Below, in pieces: positions 17,302-26,081 of a DNA stretch of 64,000 nucleotides. Origin of the DNA: Candidatus Krumholzibacteriia bacterium (GTDB lineage: Bacteria > Krumholzibacteriota > Krumholzibacteriia > LZORAL124-64-63). Each line of letters opens with the position of its first letter. The stretch's first letter is position 1. A program made the position numbers and the translations under genes. The notes under the pieces are model-generated. The model saw only the letters and a list, made by a program, of their open reading frames with translations, was not told the DNA's origin and searched no databases. The stretch lies in the NCBI GenBank assembly GCA_050174015.1, contig JBFXKG010000007.1, positions 96,001-160,000 on the forward strand, given 5' to 3'.

Positions 17302-18399
17302 CTAGTAGGGGGCGTCCCCGAAGTCCTTGGTGTGGCACTTGTTGCAGAGCGAGCGCTGGTTCTGCACGAACGTGTACTGGTAGTACTTGTTCGCCACGTC
17401 GTCGGCGGTCGCACCGACGTCGGTCAACTGCGGGTGGCTGTCAGCGAGGAAGGTCTCGGTGAAGTCCCAGCGGCCGGCGTCGGGGAAGGCGGAGGCGTGG
17501 GCGCGGTGGCAGGTCAGGCACATGACCTGATCCACGCCGGTGGGGCCCTGCGTGTCGTTGGTGGAGTCGATGACGCCCAGGTCGACGTTGACCTTCTCGA
17601 AGGGCACCAGGCCGAAGTACGAGGTGGTGGCGGTCCCGCCGGTCAGGTCGTCGGAGCTCACGTAGGCGTTGTACGCCGCGGCGATGCTGCTGCCCATGCC
17701 CTCACCGGTGGGGTGCACGAAGTTGGTCGTGTTGGCGGCGTGGAAGTTGGTGTGGCAGTTGGCGCACCACTGGCTCATGCCGCTCTTGTAGACGGTGTGC
17801 TTGGCGTTGGTCTCGTCGCCGGAGCCGACGTTGGTATTACGGCTGTTGCCCTTGGCCACGGGAGCGGCGGCGGCGAAGGAGAAGCGGCCGCCGTCATACT
17901 TCGGGCCCTCGCCGTTGCCGTAGAGGATCCGGAAGTTCTGGTTGCCGTGGGGGTCGTGGCAGCTGGTGCAGCCGAGGTACTGGCTCTGGAACGTCCCGCC
18001 GGGGGCGGTGCTCAGGGTCGCATCCATGGCGATGCCGGCGCCGGGGGCCACGATGTTGTGACCGTGGCTGTCGCCGGTGCTGAAGGAGTCATGCCCGTGG
18101 GCGCTCCAGCTGTAGGTCTTGGTCAGCCAGTAGAAGTCGCCGCCGGGGCCGTAGCCGGTGCCGTTCTCGAACTGCCCGTAGCCGGCATGGCAGCTGAGGC
18201 AGGTGTCCGAGGGGCTGCCGTCGATCAGCAGGTACTCGTTGCCGATGGGGTTGCCGGTGTCGACTTCGACGCCGTCCTGGCTGTTGTGCATGGTGTGGCA
18301 GCCGGCGCACTCGGCGACGCCGCCGTCATGGAAGGCCACGGCAGCACCGGCCCAGAGGGCGACGGTGGCGATCAGGGTGACGGTCAGGAGAGATTTCAC
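17302..18399 (-). CDS. OmcS-family hexaheme outer-surface cytochrome (nanowire subunit homologue)
   Basis: GTG start with GGAGG SD; signal peptide AVA/FHDGGVAECAGCHTMHNS; PGGDFYWLTKTYSW, GHNIVA, TAPGGTF..QYLGCTSCHDPHG, GMSQWCANCHT, YNAYVSSDDLTG, CLTCHRAHAS, QRSLCNKCHTKD are collinear with G. sulfurreducens OmcS as recalled; 6 CxxCH. Confidence 0.9.
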   Translation of the reverse strand: MKSLLTVTLIATVALWAGAAVAFHDGGVAECAGCHTMHNSQDGVEVDTGNPIGNEYLLIDGSPSDTCLSCHAGYGQFENGTGYGPGGDFYWLTKTYSWSAHGHDSFSTGDSHGHNIVAPGAGIAMDATLSTAPGGTFQSQYLGCTSCHDPHGNQNFRILYGNGEGPKYDGGRFSFAAAAPVAKGNSRNTNVGSGDETNAKHTVYKSGMSQWCANCHTNFHAANTTNFVHPTGEGMGSSIAAAYNAYVSSDDLTGGTATTSYFGLVPFEKVNVDLGVIDSTNDTQGPTGVDQVMCLTCHRAHASAFPDAGRWDFTETFLADSHPQLTDVGATADDVANKYYQYTFVQNQRSLCNKCHTKDFGDAPY

Positions 18400-18605
18400 G
18401 GAGGTGCCTCCAGATTGAAGGTTTCTGGTTTTGTGCTCGATCACTGTTGAACGGAAAGAACCAAGGCGAAGGGAAAGTCCTTCGTCGGCCGGCTGTCGTA
18501 GGGCCGGTCGGGAAAAGCTGGGTGATGTCTCCTTTCGGGAAGAACGGTCCACGTTCGTCGCAGGCGACGCGAACCCGAACGGGGCGGTATGGCCGCTGCG
18601 TTTGC

Positions 18606-19556
18606 TCATGAGATCTCCACCTTGAAGACCTGGACGCGCCCCTGGAATCCCTGTCCCACGAAGCAGCGCCCGGTGTGGTCGGTGGCGAGTGAACTGGGGT
18701 GGTAGAACTGGCCGGGGCCCGCGCCCAGGCTGCCGTACTCCCCGAGGAACTGGTGGTCGGCGTCGAAGACCATGATCTTGTGGCGCATCCGGTCCAGCAT
18801 GAGGAAGGTGCCGTCGGGCAGGAACGCCGCGCCGACGGGGAAGATCATGCGGCCGGGGCCGGTGCCGTAGCGGCCGAAGGCCGAATCGCTGCGGCCGTCG
18901 GCGGTGAAGACCAGGACCCGGTTCAGGTTGCCGCCGGGGATGTAGAGCCGACCGTCCTCGGCCTCGGCGGGACGGCCGAGATGCAGCACGTCGGAACCCG
19001 AATCGTTGGTGATGGTGCTGACCCAGATCACCTCGCCGGACCGGCTGTCGTGCTTGGCCAGGGTGCCCCGGAAGGCGTCCAGGGTCACGAAGTTCCCGTC
19101 GCGGGTGATGATCAGGTACCGGGGGGCCCAGCCGGGATCCACGGGCTGCACGGCGAAGTCCACGGGCTCTCCGAAGAGGTCGAGCCGCTTGATGGTGAAG
19201 CCGTAGTCCCCGTCGCTGTCCAGAAAGACGATGCCGCCGTTCCTGTCCAGGGATCCGTCGAGGGGAAAGGACAGGCCGGCGAAGGCGCCGGTCCGGAAGA
19301 TCTGGATGCCGTCGGTGTTCGTGAGGGCGAACAGGGACTGGCGGTCGTCGGTGATGCAGATCTCGCCGTTCAGGGGATCGCAGGTGATCGCCACGGGGCG
19401 CAGCCGCTCGGATCCGGCCGCGGTGACGTCGAGGATGTCCTGGTAGACGAACCGGACCTCGGCGGTCGCCGACCCGCAGACGCCAAGGACCACGACTGCG
19501 GCGAGCAGTCCGGCGGTCATCCTGGTGCGGGTGGCGGGGGACTTCACGGGGATCAT
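18606..19556 (-). CDS. Secreted NHL-repeat beta-propeller protein
   Basis: Signal peptide; NHL repeats such as FGRYGTGPGRMIFPVG and YGSLGAGPGQFYHPSSLATD..GRCFV....GRVQVF. Confidence 0.85.
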   Translation of the reverse strand: MIPVKSPATRTRMTAGLLAAVVVLGVCGSATAEVRFVYQDILDVTAAGSERLRPVAITCDPLNGEICITDDRQSLFALTNTDGIQIFRTGAFAGLSFPLDGSLDRNGGIVFLDSDGDYGFTIKRLDLFGEPVDFAVQPVDPGWAPRYLIITRDGNFVTLDAFRGTLAKHDSRSGEVIWVSTITNDSGSDVLHLGRPAEAEDGRLYIPGGNLNRVLVFTADGRSDSAFGRYGTGPGRMIFPVGAAFLPDGTFLMLDRMRHKIMVFDADHQFLGEYGSLGAGPGQFYHPSSLATDHTGRCFVGQGFQGRVQVFKVEIS

Positions 19557-19617
19557 TTGCTCCGGGTTGCGGCCCTGGGCGGGAGGGGGCTGATCCCCTC
19601 ACAATTGCAATATACGA

Positions 19618-19645
19618 ATCATACCATACACCTAGGGAAAGTCAA
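19618..19645 (-). promoter_or_regulatory. Putative sigma70 promoter with extended -10 for the NHL/omcS unit
   Basis: Minus strand TTGACT, 16-nt spacer, TGgTATGAT, with a very AT-rich upstream tract (19650-19775). Confidence 0.6.
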
Positions 19646-19832
19646 CAAAATCGTGGAATATTTAACAGAGAAAATGTTTTTTAGGCATATTTTATTAGTG
19701 AGTCGATAAGTTGATGTGAATTAATGACTTGAAAATGCAGAAATTGAGATTCAGTAACAATTTCTAAAAAAATCATGTCACCCCGTTGTCACAAAGCCCT
19801 CCGGGCAAGCCGGCAAATGTCATTTTGACGTC

Positions 19833-19862
19833 ACAGGCGGGACCTGGTGAGGCCCCGCCTGT
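19833..19862 (-). terminator. Hairpin downstream of the 42-heme cytochrome gene
   Basis: Minus strand ACAGGCGGGGCC-TCACCA-GGTCCCGCCTGT (one G-U pair); no U-tract. Confidence 0.5.
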
Positions 19863-19887
19863 TAAGCGCATCACGTTTTTCCAGCGG

Positions 19888-22800
19888 TCAACGTTTCTGG
19901 CGGATCATGTTCGTGTGGCACTGGATGCAGAGCCGTCCGTTGGAATCGTCCAGCATCATCTTCGGGTAATCCGTGCCGTGAGGATCGTGGCAACTGTTGC
20001 AGGCCATGGTTTCACCCGTGCGGGGGTCGAGGACGTCGGCCCCCATGGGGTGATCGGAGTGCTCCCGATATTCATGGCAGTCCAGGCAGACCTCCCGTTG
20101 CGGGGCGCCGCCTTCGGCCCGGGGGAAGACGTGGGGATCGTGGCACACGGTGCAGCTCTGCTCGCCCTTGACCGGATGGGTATGGGCGGACCGGGCCATC
20201 TGAAGCATCTGGTCCTCGTGGCATTGCCCGCACACGTCCTGGACCGGACGGGGAAGCAGCTTGGTCCGCTGGGAGGCGTGGGGGACGTGGCAGGTCGTGC
20301 AGGCATCCTCCTCCTCGAGGGCCGCATGCATCGTCCCGGCGGCGATGCCTGCCTGGATCTCCGCGTGGCAGGCGAAGCACTGCTGGGGCTGGGCCGCCGC
20401 CATGGCCGTTCCGCCGGCGTGGCATTCCGCGCAGTCCCCCGATTCGAAGGGGGCGTGCACGTTGGCGTGCGTGAGCTGGCGGAAGTCCGATGCGTGAGGC
20501 GTGTGGCAGGACGCGCAGTCGGCCTCGGCCAGGGGATAGTCGAAGTGCTTGGCGACCAGCGCCCGATCCGCCGTGTCGTGGCAGTCCGCGCAAAGGTCCT
20601 GCGGGGCGGTCTTCAAGCTCATGGGGGCCGTCCCCCCGTGGGCGTCGTGGCAGTCGAGACAGTCGCCGTCGGCGAAGGGCTGGTGGACGTGGGCCCGCTT
20701 CTGTTCCGCCAGCAGACCCTCGTGGCAGCTCCAGCAGATCCGGTCGGGGGCCCCGGCCAGCAGATGGGGTTGGTCGGCGGCGTGAGGATCGTGGCAATCC
20801 TCGCAGCGGCCTTCCCGCACGGGGGTGTGGGCGATCGCAGCCACGGGCGCGAGGTCGGAAAGGTCGTGGCATTCGGCGCAGGTCTCGTCCACCCGCCCCT
20901 TGATCATGAGGTGAGGACCGCGGGAGGCGTGGGGGTTGTGGCAGGCGGAACAGTCTCCCCCGGCGAAAGGATCGTGCTGGACGGAGCGCGATCCGGCCCC
21001 GGCCACCAGGTCGTCGTGGCACATGCTGCACAGCTCGGTCTGGTCGGCGATGGGCGCGGCGTCCTCGTGGCAGGTCGCGCAGTCGCGTTCGGCGAAGGGC
21101 GGATGGCCCTGGGCGCGCAGCAGGTTGCCTTCGGCCGAATGATGGGGCTCGTGGCAACCCATGCAGTCCAGCCCGGCCGGCGGGCGATCCAGGTGCGCGC
21201 GCTTGAATCCGGCGCCCTGTTCGTCGTGGCAGGTGAAGCAGAGGCCCGGCATGGGCTCCCGCAGGAAACCCACACCCTCGCCACCGTGGGGCAGGTGGCA
21301 GTCGAGGCAGTCGCCTTCGGCGGGCGGGTGGATGGATGCGGCGTTCCGGGGAACGGCGACCTCCTGGTGACAGGACGCGCACAGCAGGTCGCGCGGGGCC
21401 GCGAGCAGCATGTCCTGGGGGGAGTTGTGGGGGTCGTGGCACTGGACGCAATCGCCGTCGACCACGGGCTGATGCCCCACCCAGTTCGCCCCGGATTCCC
21501 GGCCGACATCGTGGCATTCCGCGCACAGCTGACGGGTGGGGGCGGTCAGCATGCCGTCTTCCGCACCACCGTGCGGCAGGTGGCAGTCAAGGCAGTCGCC
21601 CTCGTCGACCGGCATGTGCCGGCTGCCGCCGGCCGGAGCCTCGACGACGTTGAGGTGGCAGCGCGCGCAGAGCGGGCCCGGGTCGGAGTTCAGCAGGTCC
21701 GGTCGCTCCGACCGGTGGGGATCGTGGCATTCCAGACACTGGCCGCGGGCCACCACGTCATGGGGGAAGGCGGCGGCCATCTCGAGCCGGATCGAGGTAT
21801 GGCAATCCAGACACAGGCCTTCCTTCTCGGCGACCAGCAGCTTGGGCTCGAAGGAGCTGTGGGGTTCGTGGCAGACCGTACAGTCCTGCTTGACCACCGG
21901 GGCGTGGACCACGCCTCCGGCGGGGGCGGGATCGGACAGCCCGGCATGGCACTCCTGGCAGAGATCCCTGCCCTGCTGGGGAAGCAGGTGGGCCAGGGCG
22001 CCGCCGTGGGGCAGGTGGCACCCGGAACAATCCCCCTCGGCCACCGGGTCGTGCTTCACCGGCCGCGTGAATTCGGCGGTCTCGTGGCACTCGAAGCAGA
22101 CCTGCTCCTGCCGGGAGACCAGCAAGCCGGGGTAGGGGCTGCCGTGGGGGGCGTGGCAGTCGAGGCAGGATCCGTCCTGCACGGGGGCATGGGGTTCGGC
22201 GGGGTCGAGATCCAGGTCGTGGCACTGCAGGCAGGTCTCCGTCAGGTCGGCGGCCAGGGCGGGCCGGCCCTCGGGGTCGGACTCGTGGCAGGAGTCGCAC
22301 TCCAGATCGGCCACCGGAGCGTGCTGGAACCGGTGCAACAGGGCCTTCTCGTCCGAGCTGTGGGGGTCATGGCAGGTGGTACAGCCCGAAATGGCCATGC
22401 TGATGCCCGCATGCTTGGCCTGCAGCTTGTCGTGATCGTCGTGGCAGTTCGCGCAGAGGTCGTCGGCGGCCGCGACGAGCAGGCCGGGGCGGCCGGTGCC
22501 GTGAGGCTCGTGGCAGACGACGCAGCCGTCATCCTTCAGGGGACGGTGGACGTTCTTGCGCGTGAAGGCCGCCTGGTCATGGCAGAGGTAGCAGGATTCC
22601 CTGCCCTCGGCCGGCAGCAGGCCGGGATGGCCGGAACCGTGGGGATCGTGGCAGGCGGCGCAGCCGCCGTCCGCGATCGGCCGGTGCAGGTGGTCGCCCT
22701 CCTCCACCACGGCGGCGATCGCCTCGTGGCACGTGAAGCACAGTTTCTTCCCCTGCTCCTTGAGGATCAGCTTGCCGATGATCCCGTGGGGCTGGTGGCA

Positions 22801-23001
22801 GGACTCGCACTCCCTGGCCTTGAAGGGCGTGTGGGCGTGGCGGTCGCTCACCTCCTTGTCCAGTTCCTTGTGGCAGTCCAGACAGGCCTTGGGCTTGAAG
22901 GGACCGGCGGCGGCCGGGACGGCGGTCAGGCCGGCCACCAGGCCGGCGGCCAGAAGGAGGGACAGGGTCCGGAAGTGATGCCTGTATGAAGAAACCAGCA
23001 T
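19888..23001 (-). CDS. Giant polyheme cytochrome c, 42 CxxCH motifs (paired-CXXCH / MtrA-DmsE-like repeats)
   Basis: AGGAGG SD 7 nt before ATG 23001; signal peptide ending PAAA; 42 CxxCH counted by eye, from CLDCH to CIQCH, in H-x-P...CxxCHxPH...LL...CxxCH units; 1037 aa. Confidence 0.92.
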   Translation of the reverse strand: MLVSSYRHHFRTLSLLLAAGLVAGLTAVPAAAGPFKPKACLDCHKELDKEVSDRHAHTPFKARECESCHQPHGIIGKLILKEQGKKLCFTCHEAIAAVVEEGDHLHRPIADGGCAACHDPHGSGHPGLLPAEGRESCYLCHDQAAFTRKNVHRPLKDDGCVVCHEPHGTGRPGLLVAAADDLCANCHDDHDKLQAKHAGISMAISGCTTCHDPHSSDEKALLHRFQHAPVADLECDSCHESDPEGRPALAADLTETCLQCHDLDLDPAEPHAPVQDGSCLDCHAPHGSPYPGLLVSRQEQVCFECHETAEFTRPVKHDPVAEGDCSGCHLPHGGALAHLLPQQGRDLCQECHAGLSDPAPAGGVVHAPVVKQDCTVCHEPHSSFEPKLLVAEKEGLCLDCHTSIRLEMAAAFPHDVVARGQCLECHDPHRSERPDLLNSDPGPLCARCHLNVVEAPAGGSRHMPVDEGDCLDCHLPHGGAEDGMLTAPTRQLCAECHDVGRESGANWVGHQPVVDGDCVQCHDPHNSPQDMLLAAPRDLLCASCHQEVAVPRNAASIHPPAEGDCLDCHLPHGGEGVGFLREPMPGLCFTCHDEQGAGFKRAHLDRPPAGLDCMGCHEPHHSAEGNLLRAQGHPPFAERDCATCHEDAAPIADQTELCSMCHDDLVAGAGSRSVQHDPFAGGDCSACHNPHASRGPHLMIKGRVDETCAECHDLSDLAPVAAIAHTPVREGRCEDCHDPHAADQPHLLAGAPDRICWSCHEGLLAEQKRAHVHQPFADGDCLDCHDAHGGTAPMSLKTAPQDLCADCHDTADRALVAKHFDYPLAEADCASCHTPHASDFRQLTHANVHAPFESGDCAECHAGGTAMAAAQPQQCFACHAEIQAGIAAGTMHAALEEEDACTTCHVPHASQRTKLLPRPVQDVCGQCHEDQMLQMARSAHTHPVKGEQSCTVCHDPHVFPRAEGGAPQREVCLDCHEYREHSDHPMGADVLDPRTGETMACNSCHDPHGTDYPKMMLDDSNGRLCIQCHTNMIRQKR

Positions 23002-23051
23002 GCGCATGCCTCCTGCGTGGTCCTGATCCTGGGAACGGGAACCGGATTTCA

Positions 23052-24356
23052 TCATCGCCCGACCGCTTCTGCGAGCATGGCCCGGATCCGGTCCTCGGCT
23101 CCGGGCAGGATGGTGGTCTCGGTGGCCTCCTCGAGGCGGGCCATGACCCGGGCCAGATAGTCGCTGATGAACTCGCCCTTCATGCGGGTCAGCACCTCGG
23201 TCCGGCATTCCTCCAGGGGCACCGGCTGGGGATCCTCGATCTCGGTGATCCGGGCGACGACCCAGCCGCCGGGCACCCCGTAGGGCTCGGGGATCAGGCC
23301 GACCGCGACGTCTTCGAAGCGGATGCCCAGCTGTCCCGGGGAGAACCACTCGTAGGGGAACGGCGCCGGGCCGTCCACCACGCCCATCTGGTTCTTGCGC
23401 AGCCAGGCGATGGTCGAGCCCTGCTCAAGCTTCTCGCGGACCTCCCAGGCGATCGGCTCGGTCCCGACCTTGATGCTCTCCATCTTGATCCGGGCCGGCG
23501 GGGTGAGGTTTTCCAGATGGTCGTTGTAGAAGGCCAGGATCTCGTCCTCGGTGGGTTCGAAGTCGACCTCCAGCAGGATGCCCAGCGCCTTTTCCCGGAT
23601 CAGGTTCTCCTGGAGCCGGCCGGCGTTCTCCAGGAGGATCGGCCTGTTCTCGAACCCGAGCAGCTTGGCCTCGTGGGTCAGCAGGGCCTCCTCGACCCAT
23701 TCCTTGAAGAACCGGTCCCGCAGCTCGGCGGCGTTCGGCTTGCCCACCAGGCCGTGGAAGGCCTCGAAGCGGATGACCCTGGTCAGGGCGCGCACCTTCA
23801 TCGCCCCGGTGGGGACGGTGACCAGGACGTCCTCGCTCTCCTCCAGATAACGAGCCACCTCCGGATCGTCGCTGCCGTAGTCCAGCGACTTCAGCAAGGA
23901 GGAGTCCACGACCGCGTCGTACTTCCGGTACAGCCCGCGGACGAAGTCCTTCACCGCAACGGTCCGTGCGGACAGGCTGCCCACCGAATCCTCGGGAACC
24001 GAGAGGGCGACGGAGTCCAGCATGGCGGCCATGGCCTTCGACCGGATGAACTCCCGGGTCTGGTTGCGGATGGAGAAGTCGTCCGCCAGGCCCATCCGAT
24101 AGCCTTCCTGGACCACCAGCCGGTTCTGGACCAGACGCTTCATGACGGCCGCCGGATCGGGCAACTGGTCGGGAACCTCGCCCTGCCAGCCCCGGCGGAT
24201 GAAATCCAGCTCGTAGAGGAAGTCCAGGGTGGTGACGGTGTCGGGTCCGACCAGGGCCAGGGGAACGACCGGCTCCTCGGCCGCCGCGATTCCGGCTCCC
24301 GGGCCGGGGACGACGAGGGTCAGGGCAAGGACGGCGGCGAAGCGGGCGAATGTCAT
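23052..24356 (-). CDS. SurA/PrsA-like periplasmic chaperone with PpiC-type rotamase-like domain
   Basis: Signal peptide; two SurA_N-like helical repeats (LVQNRLVVQEGYRMGL; WVEEALLTHEAKLLGF), PTEDEILAFYNDH, PYGVPGGWVVARITE...PLEECRTEV. Confidence 0.7.
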   Translation of the reverse strand: MTFARFAAVLALTLVVPGPGAGIAAAEEPVVPLALVGPDTVTTLDFLYELDFIRRGWQGEVPDQLPDPAAVMKRLVQNRLVVQEGYRMGLADDFSIRNQTREFIRSKAMAAMLDSVALSVPEDSVGSLSARTVAVKDFVRGLYRKYDAVVDSSLLKSLDYGSDDPEVARYLEESEDVLVTVPTGAMKVRALTRVIRFEAFHGLVGKPNAAELRDRFFKEWVEEALLTHEAKLLGFENRPILLENAGRLQENLIREKALGILLEVDFEPTEDEILAFYNDHLENLTPPARIKMESIKVGTEPIAWEVREKLEQGSTIAWLRKNQMGVVDGPAPFPYEWFSPGQLGIRFEDVAVGLIPEPYGVPGGWVVARITEIEDPQPVPLEECRTEVLTRMKGEFISDYLARVMARLEEATETTILPGAEDRIRAMLAEAVGR

Positions 24357-24357
24357 G

Positions 24358-25461
24358 TCACGAATCCTTGTCGTTGTTGATGAAGCGGAGCCAGAGTTCC
24401 TGGGCGGTCAGCTGCAGCTGGTCGATCAGGGACATCTTGCGGTCCACCCCGAACCATCCCGTTCGGAGGGCGTCGTCCCTGAAGACCGACACCATCTCCA
24501 CGACGGCTCCGGAACCCAGGGCGATGAGCCGGGCGCTCACGGTGAAGGCCTTGAGAGTGGAGGGGATCACCGGTCCGGCCGGATCCTCCACCGCCAGGGG
24601 GGATCCCCTCTGGAAGGTCTCGTGGTCGTAGGTGATCAGTTCGGTCGCGACGGCGTGGCGGATCTTGAAGACCTCGAACAGCAGGAAGCGCCCCCCCTCG
24701 TCGAGCCGATTGGGGGCGATTCCCCGGTCGCGCAGGGTGGTCAGGACCAGTCCGGGGTCGAAGAAGGCCTTGCCTCGTACGGCCTGTCCCTGCTGCAGGA
24801 AACAGTAGGTCGCCGTCAAGGCCGCATCGTCGGAGCAGCCTATCCCTGCAGTCGGCAGGACGACGAAGGAATCGGATCCGTCCCCCTGCCCGAATCGCGG
24901 AGTCAGGTCCAGCCGGCCGCAGAGTTCGCGCAGGGAGGCAAGCCAGCGGGTCCCGTCGTCCCGGTCCCCGCCGCCCTCACCGGAGTCCAGGGCGACCTGG
25001 TCGAGATCCACGGCGGCGAGGGTCCCGGTGCGGGTGTAGACGGTGCGGGAGAGGAGCAGGACGTCCGCGGGCTTGACCACCAGGTCGACGACCACGATGC
25101 GCCCGACCTTCAGGAGCCGGATGCAGTCGTCGAGGAAGCCCGCGCGCAGGGCGAATCCGTCGCGGACGCGCCAGTCGATGAGCAGGGGCATGATCTCGTC
25201 CTGGGCGACCAGGTCGTACCCGGCCGCGGCGAGGTTGTCCCGCAGGTGCGTGGTGCAGGCGTGGCGGAACTCGGCCGGGCTCAGAGGAGGCACGACCGAC
25301 TGGTCCCTCGTCATGAACAGGAGCAGGGCGGCGCGCGGTGCGGCGTCGGAGGCCGGGCCGGCGGCGGTGGCGGGAGCTTCCGCCCCGAGCGCGCAGGCGC
25401 CGGGGACGCCGCAGAGCAGGACCAGCAGGAAGAGCAGACGATGCCGTGACCGCAGGCTCAA
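24358..25461 (-). CDS. Exported hypothetical protein with two CsgG/LpoB-like alpha/beta repeats
   Basis: TTG start overlapping the upstream stop; signal peptide; C-terminal FTVSARLIALGSGAVV typical of the CsgG/GNA1162-type fold. Confidence 0.55.
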   Translation of the reverse strand: MSLRSRHRLLFLLVLLCGVPGACALGAEAPATAAGPASDAAPRAALLLFMTRDQSVVPPLSPAEFRHACTTHLRDNLAAAGYDLVAQDEIMPLLIDWRVRDGFALRAGFLDDCIRLLKVGRIVVVDLVVKPADVLLLSRTVYTRTGTLAAVDLDQVALDSGEGGGDRDDGTRWLASLRELCGRLDLTPRFGQGDGSDSFVVLPTAGIGCSDDAALTATYCFLQQGQAVRGKAFFDPGLVLTTLRDRGIAPNRLDEGGRFLLFEVFKIRHAVATELITYDHETFQRGSPLAVEDPAGPVIPSTLKAFTVSARLIALGSGAVVEMVSVFRDDALRTGWFGVDRKMSLIDQLQLTAQELWLRFINNDKDS

Positions 25462-26024
25462 AACAGGGACTCCAGCGCGTCCCGGACCGCGGCGCGCGTG
25501 ACGTGGTACATGCTGACGGAGCCGCCGCCGAACAGTTTCCGCAGGAAGCTCGAACCCGTCCGGTGGACCTGGCTGCTCCAGATGTTGGAGCCGGTCTCGG
25601 TCTCGGCCAGGGAGAACGACGCGGTGATCATGTAGACGCGATCGCGCTCGGTGCTGTCCAGACCGTAGTCCTCGATGGCGCCGAAGAAGACGGCGTCGGC
25701 CCGCAGGGCGCGTCCCAGGTCGACGACCTGTTGCTGGTCCAGGGGGCCGCCGGTGTTCAGGCGGAGTTCCCGGATGGCGCCCAGGACCTCGCCGGGTTCG
25801 ACGGCCACCAGCCCGTTCTGTTCGAGCAGCTCGGCCAGGAAGATGGAATAGGTCCGCGACCCGGCGTGGACGTCCTGGGCCAGGTTCTGGAAGGGGAAGA
25901 CAGCCACCCGCCTGATGTAGCTGAAGTCGACGTCGTCGCGGACGTACGAGGTGGCGCCGGGCGCACAGCCGACGGCGGGCAGGAGCAGCAGGGCCAGCAA
26001 GGCGAGGGCACGGAATCTCTGCAT
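25458..26024 (-). CDS. CsgG/GNA1162-like lipoprotein
   Basis: GGAGG SD; LLLLPAVGC lipobox; RRVAVFPFQN, LGRALRADAVFFGAIEDY, SFSLAETETGSNIWS. Confidence 0.75.
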   Translation of the reverse strand: MQRFRALALLALLLLPAVGCAPGATSYVRDDVDFSYIRRVAVFPFQNLAQDVHAGSRTYSIFLAELLEQNGLVAVEPGEVLGAIRELRLNTGGPLDQQQVVDLGRALRADAVFFGAIEDYGLDSTERDRVYMITASFSLAETETGSNIWSSQVHRTGSSFLRKLFGGGSVSMYHVTRAAVRDALESLF

Positions 26025-26081
26025 CGGAGTTCCTCCGGATCGGCGTGACGCCGGCTTCGAATCAATAAAGAACAGCACGAC

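Noticed and set aside
17302..19602. 766-aa ORF suggesting a long N-terminal extension on the OmcS-like protein
   Set aside because: The first 400 codons are an off-frame read of the NHL gene and intergenic DNA. The SD, GTG and signal peptide place the start at 18399.
19786..22989. 1067-aa plus-strand ORF, and similar long antisense ORFs (5101-7311, 26106-28457, 31577-34588, 48614-50923, 51218-54598, 54610-56757, 56726-59665)
   Set aside because: Shadow frames of high-GC genes: no motifs, and each fully overlaps a well-supported CDS on the opposite strand.
19888..23001. Regularly recurring GTGGCAG/TCGTGGCA motifs resembling a CRISPR or DNA repeat array
   Set aside because: They are the reverse-complement codons of repeated Cys-His in CxxCH motifs. 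There are no identical 25-40 nt repeats and no cas genes.
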